This document shows positions 28,531 to 37,808 of a stretch of DNA of 64,000 nt, piece by piece; position 1 is the first letter of the stretch; each line of letters opens with the position of its first letter. The DNA lies in contig CBDCMW010000002.1 in NCBI GenBank assembly GCA_965219165.1, positions 2,219,445 to 2,283,444 on the forward strand, in the 5' to 3' direction. The notes beneath the pieces are model-generated. The model worked only from the letters and a program-made list of their open reading frames with translations. It was not told the DNA's origin and ran no database searches. The stretch is from Candidatus Aldehydirespirator sp. Its GTDB lineage: Bacteria > Actinomycetota > Acidimicrobiia > Acidimicrobiales > Aldehydirespiratoraceae. The position numbers and the translations under genes are program-made.

Positions 28531-28719
28531 ATGCGGTGCGCGTCCGGCAGCCACAAGCAGCTCGCGCTCACCCCGGTCGTGGTCGCCGCCCAGATCGCAG
28601 CAGACCTCCAGATCAGCATCCACACCGTCAGGAACCACGTCCGCAGCCTGCGCAGCAAACTCGACGCCAAGACCAAACTCGAAGCGGTCGTCACCGCGAT
28701 GCGACACGGCCTGGTCTAA
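28531..28719 (+). pseudogene. LuxR-type HTH C-terminal remnant
   Basis: QIAADLQISIHTVRNHVRSLRSKLDAKTKLEAV is a GerE/LuxR HTH. There is no receiver or effector part, and the N-terminal half of the HTH is missing. Confidence 0.45.
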
Positions 28720-28771
28720 CCGCCCCTCAGTTGCGCCAAGGCCTGGTCTAACCGCCCCCCAGTTGCGCCAA
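28708..28771. repeat. 32-bp tandem duplication spanning the LuxR-stub stop codon
   Basis: ggcctggtctaaccgcccctcagttgcgccaa at 28708-28739 is repeated at 28740-28771 with one substitution. Confidence 0.9.
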
Positions 28772-28920
28772 AGCCGCTTCAGCCAGTACCAAGAAGTGTG
28801 TTTGACGTGGGGTTGCAAGAACCGGCTCGCTGCCGATCTCGGGGTGACTCAGCGAGACCGCGGGAGCGCAGCGGCGATCGATCCGAGCACGGTCCGATCA
28901 TCGTCGGGCACCCACAGGGT

Positions 28921-29568
28921 CTATGAGGGATCATCTGAACGCGGCGCAGCCACAGCTCCGATGACCCGCATGATCAGGGCGTTCCACTCGTCTGCGGTCG
29001 GTGCCGGCCGACCCCTCGATCCCACGGAAATGGCCAGGTGGGTTCCCAGACCGAGGGCTTGGCACAACAACACCATGGCCTCGGTGCTCAACGACGGGTC
29101 GATGCCTCCGGATTCCTTGCCTTCAGAGACCATCGCGGCAAGGGCGTCCGCCTCGGCCGCAAGAAACCGCGAGACAACCTCGGCGAGCGACTCATCGCGC
29201 CGCGCAGCCACAAACGCCTCGAGCGTCACGTCTCGAAACCCGTGACCGCTCGGCGACAACAGATTCGTGCCCAACGCGGCGAACTTCTCCGCGGCCGGCA
29301 TCTCAGCGTTGCCGACCATGAACACCCTCCGCTGGGGTGTCACGTAGGCGACGACGGCGAGGAAGAGATCGCGCTTGGTGGGCCAGCGCGCGTAGACGGC
29401 ACCACTGGTCAGACCGCACCGTCGGCCGACCTCAGAGACCCTGGCCGCCTCGAAGCCGCTCTCACCGAATACTTCGACGGCAGCGTCCAGCAGGCGCCTC
29501 GTGACCTCCTGGGACTTACGAGAGCGCCCCACAGCGTTGCCAGACTCACCGTCTACAGGCGGGCGCAT
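28921..29568 (-). CDS. TetR-family transcriptional regulator
   Basis: Has the N-terminal HTH LLDAAVEVFGESGFEAARVSEVGRRCGLTSGAVYARW. Confidence 0.8.
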   Translation of the reverse strand: MRPPVDGESGNAVGRSRKSQEVTRRLLDAAVEVFGESGFEAARVSEVGRRCGLTSGAVYARWPTKRDLFLAVVAYVTPQRRVFMVGNAEMPAAEKFAALGTNLLSPSGHGFRDVTLEAFVAARRDESLAEVVSRFLAAEADALAAMVSEGKESGGIDPSLSTEAMVLLCQALGLGTHLAISVGSRGRPAPTADEWNALIMRVIGAVAAPRSDDPS

Positions 29569-30237
29569 GTGCGGCGCTTCGTAGCTGATGTGCGAACTCG
29601 GGTCAGCATTGCCCGACAGCCGTCACTACGTCGAGGCTGCTGCGAGCCGTGGGTGCCCGAAATGGTGTCGTGGCTGGTCCGGCCGCGTGTTCGTGTTCGT
29701 TGATGCGGCGATTGTAGCGGGTCGTTCGGATGAGCCGAAGGGGCACCGCCGCCGCCCAGCACGTCTCACGCTGCCCGACCCGGCCACCGAATGCGTCGGC
29801 AGGCTCCAAGCTCATTGCATCATCCTTCGTCGCTGTAGCCGCGGGACGCCGATAGGGACAGCACCGCGCCGTCAGAACTTATTGCAGTACAAGGAATAAC
29901 ACGAAGCCAGCAGCACGATCATACCAGTAGACGCCCGGCATCACGAGCACGCTGCCGGCCTGCGGGGGCCGGAACTCTGTCGTGTGGGTTGACTCCCGAC
30001 CTTCGGTCCCCCAGTTCCGTCAAGGCCGTTTCAGCCAGTACCAACAAGTACCAAAAAATGCATCTGACGTTGGGTTTTGCAAAATCGGCGTAACAAGCCG
30101 TACCTGTGGATAACCCCCGATAACGGATCGTCCGTTAGAACTTTCGTTAGAAGTTCTTCGGGGCTTTGAGCGTGCCAATGCCCAACCCGTCAGTCCGAAC
30201 CGAACCTCACCTCCCGAGCTAGAGGCGGGATATCTGA

Positions 30238-31386
30238 TCATTCCTGGACGGATCCGCCACTGGCAGGCTCGCACACCCAGACGGTGGCGTCCATACCGCC
30301 TGCAGCGCGGTATCGCTGCTCGACAACGGCGCAGAATTTCTCGGCTCCATCGGTCCGCACCAGCGCCACCGCGCAACCGGCGAAGCCGGCGCCGGTCATC
30401 CGCGCCCCTAGACATCCCGGACTCGTGTGGGCGATCGCCACCATCTGGTCGAGGGCGGGGCCAGACACTTCGAAGTCGTCGCGCAAGCTGACGTGGCTGT
30501 GGCTCATCAAGGCGCCGAGGGCCTCCCCGTCGCCGCGAGCCATCGCCCGCGCGGCGTCTAGAGTGCGGCGGTTCTCAGTGATCACGTGGCGGGCCCGGCG
30601 TCGCTCCGTGACGAGCGCATCCGGCAGACGATCTAGATCAGGAAGATCAGCATCGCGCAGCGCCTGGACCCCTAGGGCGGCTGCAACGCGCTCACAGTTC
30701 TCGCGGCGCTCCGCATAGGCCGATCCGACCAACGGGCGGCGGGTGTTGGTGTCCATGATCACCACCGTCGAGCCGGACGGAACAGTGAACGGCTCTGACT
30801 GCAGCGAGCGGCAGTCGATCATCAACGCATGGCCCCCGACAGCCGAGGCCGAGACCAGTTGATCCATGATCCCGCTCGGTAGACCGAGAATCTCGTTTTC
30901 TACGCGCTGGCCCAGCCTGGCAATCTCGGCCGCGGACCACTCTGCCCCTGCTAGGCACAGGAGGACCTGACACATCGCCACCTCCAGGGCCGCGGACGAT
31001 GACAGCCCCGCACCGATCGGAACGTCGGTGGCAATGGAGGCTCGCCACGGCTCGGGACGAACGCCCTGCTCGGCAAGCAACCGGCTGACCCCCCGTATAT
31101 GCGCGGCCCAGTCAATCGGATCGATGCGAGTCTGGCGAGGTCCCAGGACGGCGCGGCCGAAACCTTCAGAGACGACCTCGCTATCGACCCCTCTCGGGTT
31201 CCGGCTGACTGCGATCGCGGTATCGAGCGGGATCGCCATAGGCAGCACAAACCCGTCGTTGTAGTCCGTGTGGTCACCGATCAGGTTCACGCGGCCGGGT
31301 GCTCGGCTCACCAACTCTGGAGCGCCCCACAACCGGTGATGGCGCTCTACCGCCCGCTCCACCGCTGCGCCTGCCCGCTCCGTCAT
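30238..31386 (-). CDS. galK: Galactokinase
   Basis: Has the APGRVNLIGDHTDYNDGFVLPMAI signature and the GHMP motif GAGLSSSAA. Met50 of the ORF gives a typical 382 aa. Confidence 0.85.
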   Translation of the reverse strand: MTERAGAAVERAVERHHRLWGAPELVSRAPGRVNLIGDHTDYNDGFVLPMAIPLDTAIAVSRNPRGVDSEVVSEGFGRAVLGPRQTRIDPIDWAAHIRGVSRLLAEQGVRPEPWRASIATDVPIGAGLSSSAALEVAMCQVLLCLAGAEWSAAEIARLGQRVENEILGLPSGIMDQLVSASAVGGHALMIDCRSLQSEPFTVPSGSTVVIMDTNTRRPLVGSAYAERRENCERVAAALGVQALRDADLPDLDRLPDALVTERRRARHVITENRRTLDAARAMARGDGEALGALMSHSHVSLRDDFEVSGPALDQMVAIAHTSPGCLGARMTGAGFAGCAVALVRTDGAEKFCAVVEQRYRAAGGMDATVWVCEPASGGSVQE

Positions 31387-31519
31387 GGCGGGCACTGGCC
31401 ACTCGCTCGGCCCCGATGAAGGCGTCTCGGCTGAGTCGCTCGCAGGCGCAGCCTGAACCGACGCGCCTGCCGCCGGAGTGGCCGTGACGACTGCACCGGC
31501 TCCGATAGGTGGGCGACGG

Positions 31520-32914
31520 TCATGGTGCGCCACCTGCGGGACAGGAGCGCCGCAACGGCTCAGGAATCATGTCGCCGTGCGCCTCGATCAGATCGTCCAC
31601 CAGAGACCAGATCTGGTCAAGGTCGAGTTCGCTGGCGGTCCGGGGATCGAGCATGGCCGCGTGGTACACGCACTCGCGACGCCCAGACTTCAGCGCCTCG
31701 ACGGTCAACTCCTGGGGTGCGATGTTCGTCCTGATCAGCGCCGCCAGATGCGCCGGCAGGCGCCCCACGGCTGTCGGTGAGAGGCCCTCACTGCTCACCG
31801 TCGCCGGAACTTCGACGATGCACTCGCTAGGAAGGTTCTCGATCAGGCCGTCGTTCCGGACGTTGACGTACACCGTGCGCTCAGTTCCGGTCTCGAGGCT
31901 GTGGATGATCCGGGGCGCGAACTCGTCGCTACCGGGAACCTCCACGGAGCTGGAGGGATCCTCGAGGCGGACCCTCAACTCATCCCATCCCGCGATCTGC
32001 AGTTCGCAGCGCCGTATGTACTCGCGTACGGGAACCTGGAAACGCTCGGCCAGATCGGGACGGTGGCTCCTGAGGAAGTACGGGGTGTACTCCGCGAAGT
32101 GCTCGCTCGACTCCGTCACGAAATAGCCGACGCGGCGCAACATCTCGTAGCGGACCGCGTCGGGAAGGCCCCACTCGCCGCGCCTGGGGGCGTCGGCGGG
32201 GTCCGGGTACAGACGCTTGAGTTCCGGATAGAGGTCGCGGCCGCGATGCTCGAGGCGGAGGAAGAAGGCCATGTGGTTGATGCCGGCCACGACGTAGTCG
32301 AGTTCCTCTACTGCGATTCCGAGGTCCGAGGCCAGGTGGGCGGCGGTTTGGGGCACGCTGTGACACAGTCCGTAGACCTCCACCTCGCAGAACTCGGCCA
32401 GTCCCCACAGGTTGATGGCCATTGGATTCGCGTAGTTGAGAAGCACGGCGGCGGGGCACCGCCTCTTCATCGCCTCAGCCACCTCCACGAGGGCCGGGAC
32501 GGTCCGCAGGCCCCGCATGATGCCGCCAATGCCGACCGTGTCGGCGATCGTCTGCTGCAGTCCGTAGCCCTCGGGCAGATCGAAGTCGATGACTGTGGCC
32601 GGCTCGTATCCGCCAACCTGGAACATCGTGACCACGTAGTCGGCCCCCTCAAGGGCTGCCTCCAGGTCCGTCGTCGCCCTGACGCTCGCCGCGGCGCCCC
32701 GTGCCTGAACCAGTCGCAGGGCCACAGTCTCCGACGTCGCAAGCCTGCGCTCGTCGATGTCGTGAAGACGCAAGTCGAACTCGTCGCGCAGATCGTCGAA
32801 GGCGAGTAGATCACAGACGAGGCCGCGGGCGAACACCGTGCTTCCCGCTCCGGTGAACGCGACCGCTACCACTTCGCTCCTCCTCGCAGAAGGCTGCTCC
32901 TGAACGGATCGCAC
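31520..32914 (-). CDS. Glycoside hydrolase family 4 (alpha-galactosidase/alpha-glucosidase type)
   Basis: Has an N-terminal NAD-binding segment (VAFTGAGSTVF), GLCHSV and INHMAFF motifs. Confidence 0.8.
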   Translation of the reverse strand: MRSVQEQPSARRSEVVAVAFTGAGSTVFARGLVCDLLAFDDLRDEFDLRLHDIDERRLATSETVALRLVQARGAAASVRATTDLEAALEGADYVVTMFQVGGYEPATVIDFDLPEGYGLQQTIADTVGIGGIMRGLRTVPALVEVAEAMKRRCPAAVLLNYANPMAINLWGLAEFCEVEVYGLCHSVPQTAAHLASDLGIAVEELDYVVAGINHMAFFLRLEHRGRDLYPELKRLYPDPADAPRRGEWGLPDAVRYEMLRRVGYFVTESSEHFAEYTPYFLRSHRPDLAERFQVPVREYIRRCELQIAGWDELRVRLEDPSSSVEVPGSDEFAPRIIHSLETGTERTVYVNVRNDGLIENLPSECIVEVPATVSSEGLSPTAVGRLPAHLAALIRTNIAPQELTVEALKSGRRECVYHAAMLDPRTASELDLDQIWSLVDDLIEAHGDMIPEPLRRSCPAGGAP

Positions 32915-32921
32915 CCTAGGC

Positions 32922-33071
32922 GGTGCAAGCCCTCGGCCGCCGGGTGCCCGAAGACATCGCCGTCATCGGTTTCGACGACATTGAGATGAGCACGTTCGTA
33001 ACTCCTGCGCTCACCACGATCCGCCTCAACCGATTCGCCTGTGGGCAACCCAATCTTGTAGATCGGCACTG
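32922..33071 (+). pseudogene. LacI-family regulator C-terminal stub
   Basis: GRRVPEDIAVIGFDDIEMSTFVTPALTTIRL is preceded by an in-frame TAG. The stub lies between two minus-strand catabolic genes. Confidence 0.55.
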
Positions 33072-33179
33072 AACCTAGCCGACGGGCGTCGCCCACCCCA
33101 GCAGACCACGAGACAGAGATGAGGCTCCGCGCCCGTCCGTCCATTGGGAGATGCATTGGAAGTTGAGCGGTCGCGCCGG

Positions 33180-34475
33180 TCATTCCCGCCAATGTGCGCC
33201 CTCCGGGTACGCGAAGGAGTCTGCTGTGGCGGGACGGAAGGCGGTTCCCGCACCGGGCTGGGTGGGCAGCCGGTAGCGGCCCGCGGTGACCTCCACAGGC
33301 TGGGCCATGTGCTCGTGGAGGTGGTCTACGTATTCGAGGGCCAGTCGAGCCGGGTCGGCGGCGACGCTGACGGCGTTGAAGAAGGCGAAGTGCTGGACGG
33401 CCTCGCACAGGCCGACGCCCCCGGCGTGGGGAATTACGTCGACTCCTGCGTGGGCAGCTAGCAGGATCATGGCGACCAGGTCGTGAACGCCGGCGACTCT
33501 GGTGGCGTCGATCTGCAGGATCTGGGCGCCCCCGAGTTGCAGCAGCTGTTTGGCCATCGTGGGGTTGGCGAGGTGCTCGCCGGTGGCGATGGGCACCGGG
33601 TGCACGGCCTTGGCGATGGCGGCATGGCCGACAAGATCGTCGGGATGGGTGGGCTCCTCGACCCAGCGCAGATCGAATTGCGCGAGCTGGTCGATGGCGG
33701 CGATCGCTTCGGGGACGCTCCAACGCTGGTTGGCGTCTATGGCCAGAGCGGTGTCAGACCCGATGGCGCAGCGGGCGATGCCGAGCCGCCTCCGGTCGCT
33801 GGCGAGGTCGGCACCGACCTTGAGCTTGATGGTGTTGAAACCGTCATCGAGGGCTTGTCGGCACAGCCGGTCGAGCTTGTTGTCGTCATAGCCCAGCCAG
33901 CCTGGAGAGGTTGCGTACGCGGCGAGGCCGTCACGGTGCAGATCAGCGATGCGGCTGTCGCGCTCGCTGCGGCGCTCCTCGAGCATCTCCCGGGCGTGTG
34001 CTGGGTCCAGGAAGTCCGCCAGGTAGGTCCAATCAACTAGAGCAACGACCTCGGCTGGCTCCAGGTGGCCCAGCGTGGCCCACAACGGACGTCGTTCGCG
34101 CTTGGAGCGCAGGTCCCAGACTGCGTTCATGACCGCGCCCACTGCCATGTGAATCACGCCCTTGTCGGGACCCAGCCACCGCAGCTGGCTGTCCCAGGTG
34201 AGTTCCCGGTTGATCGCGCCGGGATCCTCCAGCAGCTCGTCCAGACTTCTGCCCACCAGGCGGTCAGCGACCGCGGCCACCGCGGCGGCCTGGATGTCGT
34301 TGCCGCGCCCGATGGTGAACACGAAGCCGCAGCCGGTCAGATCCGGATCCGACGTCGACAGCTCCAGGTAGGCGGCGGAGTAGTCAGGGTCGGGGTTCAT
34401 GGCATCGGAGCCGTCGAGTGTCCGGCTGGTCGGAAACCGCAAATCAATCACCGCGGCGGCTCTGATAGTGGTCAT
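33180..34475 (-). CDS. L-fuconate dehydratase (enolase superfamily)
   Basis: Has RFPTSRTLDGSDAMNPDPDYSAAY plus the IKLKVG, AIDANQ and EEP metal-ligand pattern. Starts at MTTIRAA. Confidence 0.8.
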   Translation of the reverse strand: MTTIRAAAVIDLRFPTSRTLDGSDAMNPDPDYSAAYLELSTSDPDLTGCGFVFTIGRGNDIQAAAVAAVADRLVGRSLDELLEDPGAINRELTWDSQLRWLGPDKGVIHMAVGAVMNAVWDLRSKRERRPLWATLGHLEPAEVVALVDWTYLADFLDPAHAREMLEERRSERDSRIADLHRDGLAAYATSPGWLGYDDNKLDRLCRQALDDGFNTIKLKVGADLASDRRRLGIARCAIGSDTALAIDANQRWSVPEAIAAIDQLAQFDLRWVEEPTHPDDLVGHAAIAKAVHPVPIATGEHLANPTMAKQLLQLGGAQILQIDATRVAGVHDLVAMILLAAHAGVDVIPHAGGVGLCEAVQHFAFFNAVSVAADPARLALEYVDHLHEHMAQPVEVTAGRYRLPTQPGAGTAFRPATADSFAYPEGAHWRE

Positions 34476-34506
34476 CGCACTCGAACCTCTCGAAACCCGC
34501 ACGGCT

Positions 34507-36606
34507 CTAGAGCCGGGAAGTCAAGCCCTGTGTTGATCGGTTGGTCCAGAGACCGGCGTGCAGCGCAGCTCCGACCACTCCGCTGAGATCTCCGTGGGCA
34601 GCGAGGGCGACCGGAGGTGGCGGCCGCAATGGCGCTAGGAGAGCCTCAAGCCGCGGACCTACAGCCTCTAGGAGATGTCGGCCTGCCTTGGAAAGCCCGC
34701 CTCCTAAGACCACTATCTCTGGATCGCTGAAACACACGGCTGTGGCGAGGCCGTGGGCCAGCGCGTCCATGGCGGTGGACCAGACCCGCGCCGCGACGGG
34801 ATCCTCGGACAATGAGGCCACGATCTGCGCGACGCCGAGGGCTTGTCCCGTCTCTCGACGGTAGGCATCGCTGATGGCTCGCCCGGATGCCACCCGCTCG
34901 AGGGGGCGGCTGTCGCTGCCGACCGGTACGAATCCCATCTCGCCTGCCAGTTGCGAGCCGCCGCGCTCGGTGCCGGCGACAGTGAAGTGGCGCGAAGCCA
35001 CGCCCGTTCCGACAGACACGTACAACATCGACGCAGCGCCCACGCCGCGGCCTGTTTCCCACTCGGCTCGGGCCCCGAGGTAGGCGTCATGGTCCAGCAC
35101 GACTGGCAGCCCAAGACCCCGCCCCACCGCGGCGGACACGTCGATATCGCGCCACCCCAGATTCGTCGCTTCAATCACTACGCCGGATGGACCGTCCACG
35201 ATGCCCGCACAACCAATCCCGACTCCACGGACGTCGGCACCCTCCGCGGTGCACACGAGTTCGTCGATCGCTTCACGGATGGCTGCCAGGACCGCGGCAG
35301 CCGGCTTGTCGGGCCCTGTGCGTCCCCGCAGCACTCGGCCCAGCCCCGTGCCGTCGTAGACCGCTGCCTTGAAGGCGGTGCCGCCGATGTCGACGCCGAT
35401 GGCGGCAGATGAGAGCGCTTCGGATTCCAAGCTTGTGTTTGGCGATGGGGATTGGGGGACATTGATGCGCTCGGTCCGGCGGTATGCGATCCTTCCTTCG
35501 AGCATGGTGGCTACCGGATGAAGCTGCGCGTCCACGATGGCGATATCGGCCCGGCGGCCTGGTGAGAGGCGGCCGCGTTCGGTGTCGCCGAGTAGATCGG
35601 CGGGGTTCGTCGATGCGACCGCGGCCAGCTCATCCCATGTGGCGCCGGTGACTCTCTGCACCTGCCGGACCGCCTCTGGCATCGTGAGCAACGAGCCGGC
35701 GAGGCTTCCATCGCCGTTACGGGCCGCTTCACCGCACTCGACGATCTCGCTTCCGATGCGGTAGGTACCAGCCGGCGCGCCCATGCCGGCCATCGCGTCG
35801 GTCACCAGGAAGATGCGGCCGGGTCCGGCCAGGCGCCAAGCGATCTGGATGGCTTCCTCGCTGAGGTGATGATCATCGGCGATAAGCGAGACATAGGCTT
35901 GGGAGTGCAGTAGCCCAGCACCAGCCGCGCCCACCTCACGGTGATGCAGCGGCCCCATCCCGTTGAAAACATGGGTTAGTCCCGACGCTCCCGCGTCGAG
36001 CGCGGCGAACGCCTGTGCCGCAGTTGCGGCTGTGTGTCCGAGCGAAACAGCGATCCCCGCCTCGACCAGCCGCGCGATCGAGTTCGATGCACCCTCCACC
36101 TCGGGGGCGATGGTCACAAGAGCCACTACATCCGCCTCGCGCAGGAACTCGACTGAGAGTCCTTCAGAGCCGCTTACGAGTTCGGTGCGCGGATGGACGC
36201 CCGCGTAGTCGGGCGCGAGCTCGGGACCCTCGATGTGCAGGCCGAGCGGCACCACGCCCCGATACCCGGCCGGCCGGGATCTGATCGCGTCATAGGCGGC
36301 TCGCCGCTGCTGAGGGGGTGAGGTTATGACCGTGGGTAGGAATGCAGTCACGCCGTGGCTCAGGAGCCGCTCGCCGATCGACCACATCTTCGAGGGGTCG
36401 GTCGTGATGTCGTGGCCGAAAGCGCCGTTCAGTTGCAGGTCGACGAATCCGGGCAGGGCCACGTGCGGGGTGAAGTCCACATCGGTCCGGCGGCCCAGGC
36501 CGTCGTCGGGTAGCGGACCCACCTCGACGATGCGGCCGGACGCGACGGTGATACGGCCGCAGTAGAGCCCACCCCGTCCGTTCGGCAGCATGGCGGCTAG
36601 GCGCAT
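34507..36606 (-). CDS. Fusion: N-acetylhexosamine-6-P deacetylase (NagA/AgaA-like) + ROK-fold sugar kinase
   Basis: Residues 1-385 carry the NagA pattern (GFVDLQLNG, LGLHIEGP, THVFNGM, DAMAG). After a Ser/Pro linker comes a ROK-like domain (IGVDIGGTAFK...GGGLS). The start may be Met6 (36591). Confidence 0.8.
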   Translation of the reverse strand: MRLAAMLPNGRGGLYCGRITVASGRIVEVGPLPDDGLGRRTDVDFTPHVALPGFVDLQLNGAFGHDITTDPSKMWSIGERLLSHGVTAFLPTVITSPPQQRRAAYDAIRSRPAGYRGVVPLGLHIEGPELAPDYAGVHPRTELVSGSEGLSVEFLREADVVALVTIAPEVEGASNSIARLVEAGIAVSLGHTAATAAQAFAALDAGASGLTHVFNGMGPLHHREVGAAGAGLLHSQAYVSLIADDHHLSEEAIQIAWRLAGPGRIFLVTDAMAGMGAPAGTYRIGSEIVECGEAARNGDGSLAGSLLTMPEAVRQVQRVTGATWDELAAVASTNPADLLGDTERGRLSPGRRADIAIVDAQLHPVATMLEGRIAYRRTERINVPQSPSPNTSLESEALSSAAIGVDIGGTAFKAAVYDGTGLGRVLRGRTGPDKPAAAVLAAIREAIDELVCTAEGADVRGVGIGCAGIVDGPSGVVIEATNLGWRDIDVSAAVGRGLGLPVVLDHDAYLGARAEWETGRGVGAASMLYVSVGTGVASRHFTVAGTERGGSQLAGEMGFVPVGSDSRPLERVASGRAISDAYRRETGQALGVAQIVASLSEDPVAARVWSTAMDALAHGLATAVCFSDPEIVVLGGGLSKAGRHLLEAVGPRLEALLAPLRPPPPVALAAHGDLSGVVGAALHAGLWTNRSTQGLTSRL

Positions 36607-37808
36607 GTCGCTCGGCCCCCGGTGCGGTCCTCGACAATGTGTTGTGACAGCAACCCGGGGGACGACCCCCTCGACGGGACGACGCCCTTGCGCAGGACCT
36701 GTTGCTCATATTTGTCTGCAAGGATATTCGGACCCTGGCGGGTGTCTTCGCCCAAAGGGGTCTGTCCCGTCGTGGGATCCAGTTCCACATGGGCGTGAAC
36801 CCCGAGCGGGGCGTCCGGGTCCAGGCCCTTGGCCAGGCCGCGCCGCAGACCGGCGAGCTGGGACACGATCAGGCAGGCCACGGCAGTCGATACTTCCGAG
36901 GCGCCGCGAGGAGTCTCGATGCTGCAGCGCGGGTCCGGGCCCACCGTGAACACCCGGGCTCCGCAGGCCTCGATGTCGGCTGCCACGGCGAGCTCATGGG
37001 CGAGGCTGGTGCCGCACAGGACGAGGGCGGCGGTGCGCTGGTCCGCGAGCGAGATCGGTCCGTGGCGGAAGTCCAGGACGGGCAACCCTTCGGCGAACGT
37101 GGCCGACATCTCCTTGATCTTCAGCGCGGCCTCAGGCGCCAGCTGCCCGTTCAATCCACTGCCGAGCACGAACACCGACTCGAGCGATGAATCCGCAAGC
37201 TGCTCGGTCATGTCCGGGGCCGCTTTGATGACTCCCTCACCCATCTCGCTGATCCCCTCGAAGACGGCCGCGGCGTTGCTGCCGGCCGCGGTGAGCTGCG
37301 CGGCCAGGGAGGCCAGGAGCATGCTGGTGAACGATCTCGTCTGCACCACCGACTCCTCCGAGGCGAAGTCGACGACGACGGATTCGGTGCACACCTCGCT
37401 CAGCGGACTGTGGGGGCTTGCAGTCACGGCCATCAGCGTCGAGCCCAGCCTGCCGGCTCGCCGGCACGCTTCGATCGTCTCGGTGGTCTCGCCCGACCTG
37501 GAGACGGCGACCACCGTATGGGCGCGGGGTGACTGCGGGTCCGATGCAAGCCAGATCTCCGAGGCCGCCTCGGCCCACGCGAACGTCGGCAAACTCCGAC
37601 GGTGGGCGAAGGCCAGCGCCCGGGCGAGGTGAGCCGTAGATCCACAACCGATGTACAGGGTCGGCCCCCGAGTCAGCTCGTGCTGCAACGCAGTTGCGGA
37701 CACCCCGACCTCGACGGCTCGAGGCCAAAGGCCAGGCTGGGAAGCGATCTCCGCAGAGGTCGCAGACCCGGCGCCGTGACTGGCGGCCTGGGTCTGCGGC
37801 TCGGTCAC
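36597..37808 (-). CDS. SIS-domain sugar-phosphate isomerase/deaminase (AgaS/GlmS-C-like)
   Basis: Has two SIS repeats (GCGSTAH...VSRSGETTE; VLGSG...). Confidence 0.7.
   Translation of the reverse strand: MTEPQTQAASHGAGSATSAEIASQPGLWPRAVEVGVSATALQHELTRGPTLYIGCGSTAHLARALAFAHRRSLPTFAWAEAASEIWLASDPQSPRAHTVVAVSRSGETTETIEACRRAGRLGSTLMAVTASPHSPLSEVCTESVVVDFASEESVVQTRSFTSMLLASLAAQLTAAGSNAAAVFEGISEMGEGVIKAAPDMTEQLADSSLESVFVLGSGLNGQLAPEAALKIKEMSATFAEGLPVLDFRHGPISLADQRTAALVLCGTSLAHELAVAADIEACGARVFTVGPDPRCSIETPRGASEVSTAVACLIVSQLAGLRRGLAKGLDPDAPLGVHAHVELDPTTGQTPLGEDTRQGPNILADKYEQQVLRKGVVPSRGSSPGLLSQHIVEDRTGGRATCA

Noticed and set aside
31387-31533. The 49-codon N-terminal extension of galK.
   Set aside because: The extension is Ala/Pro-rich and unlike galactokinases. 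Met50 gives the canonical length, and the longer form would overlap the GH4 gene.
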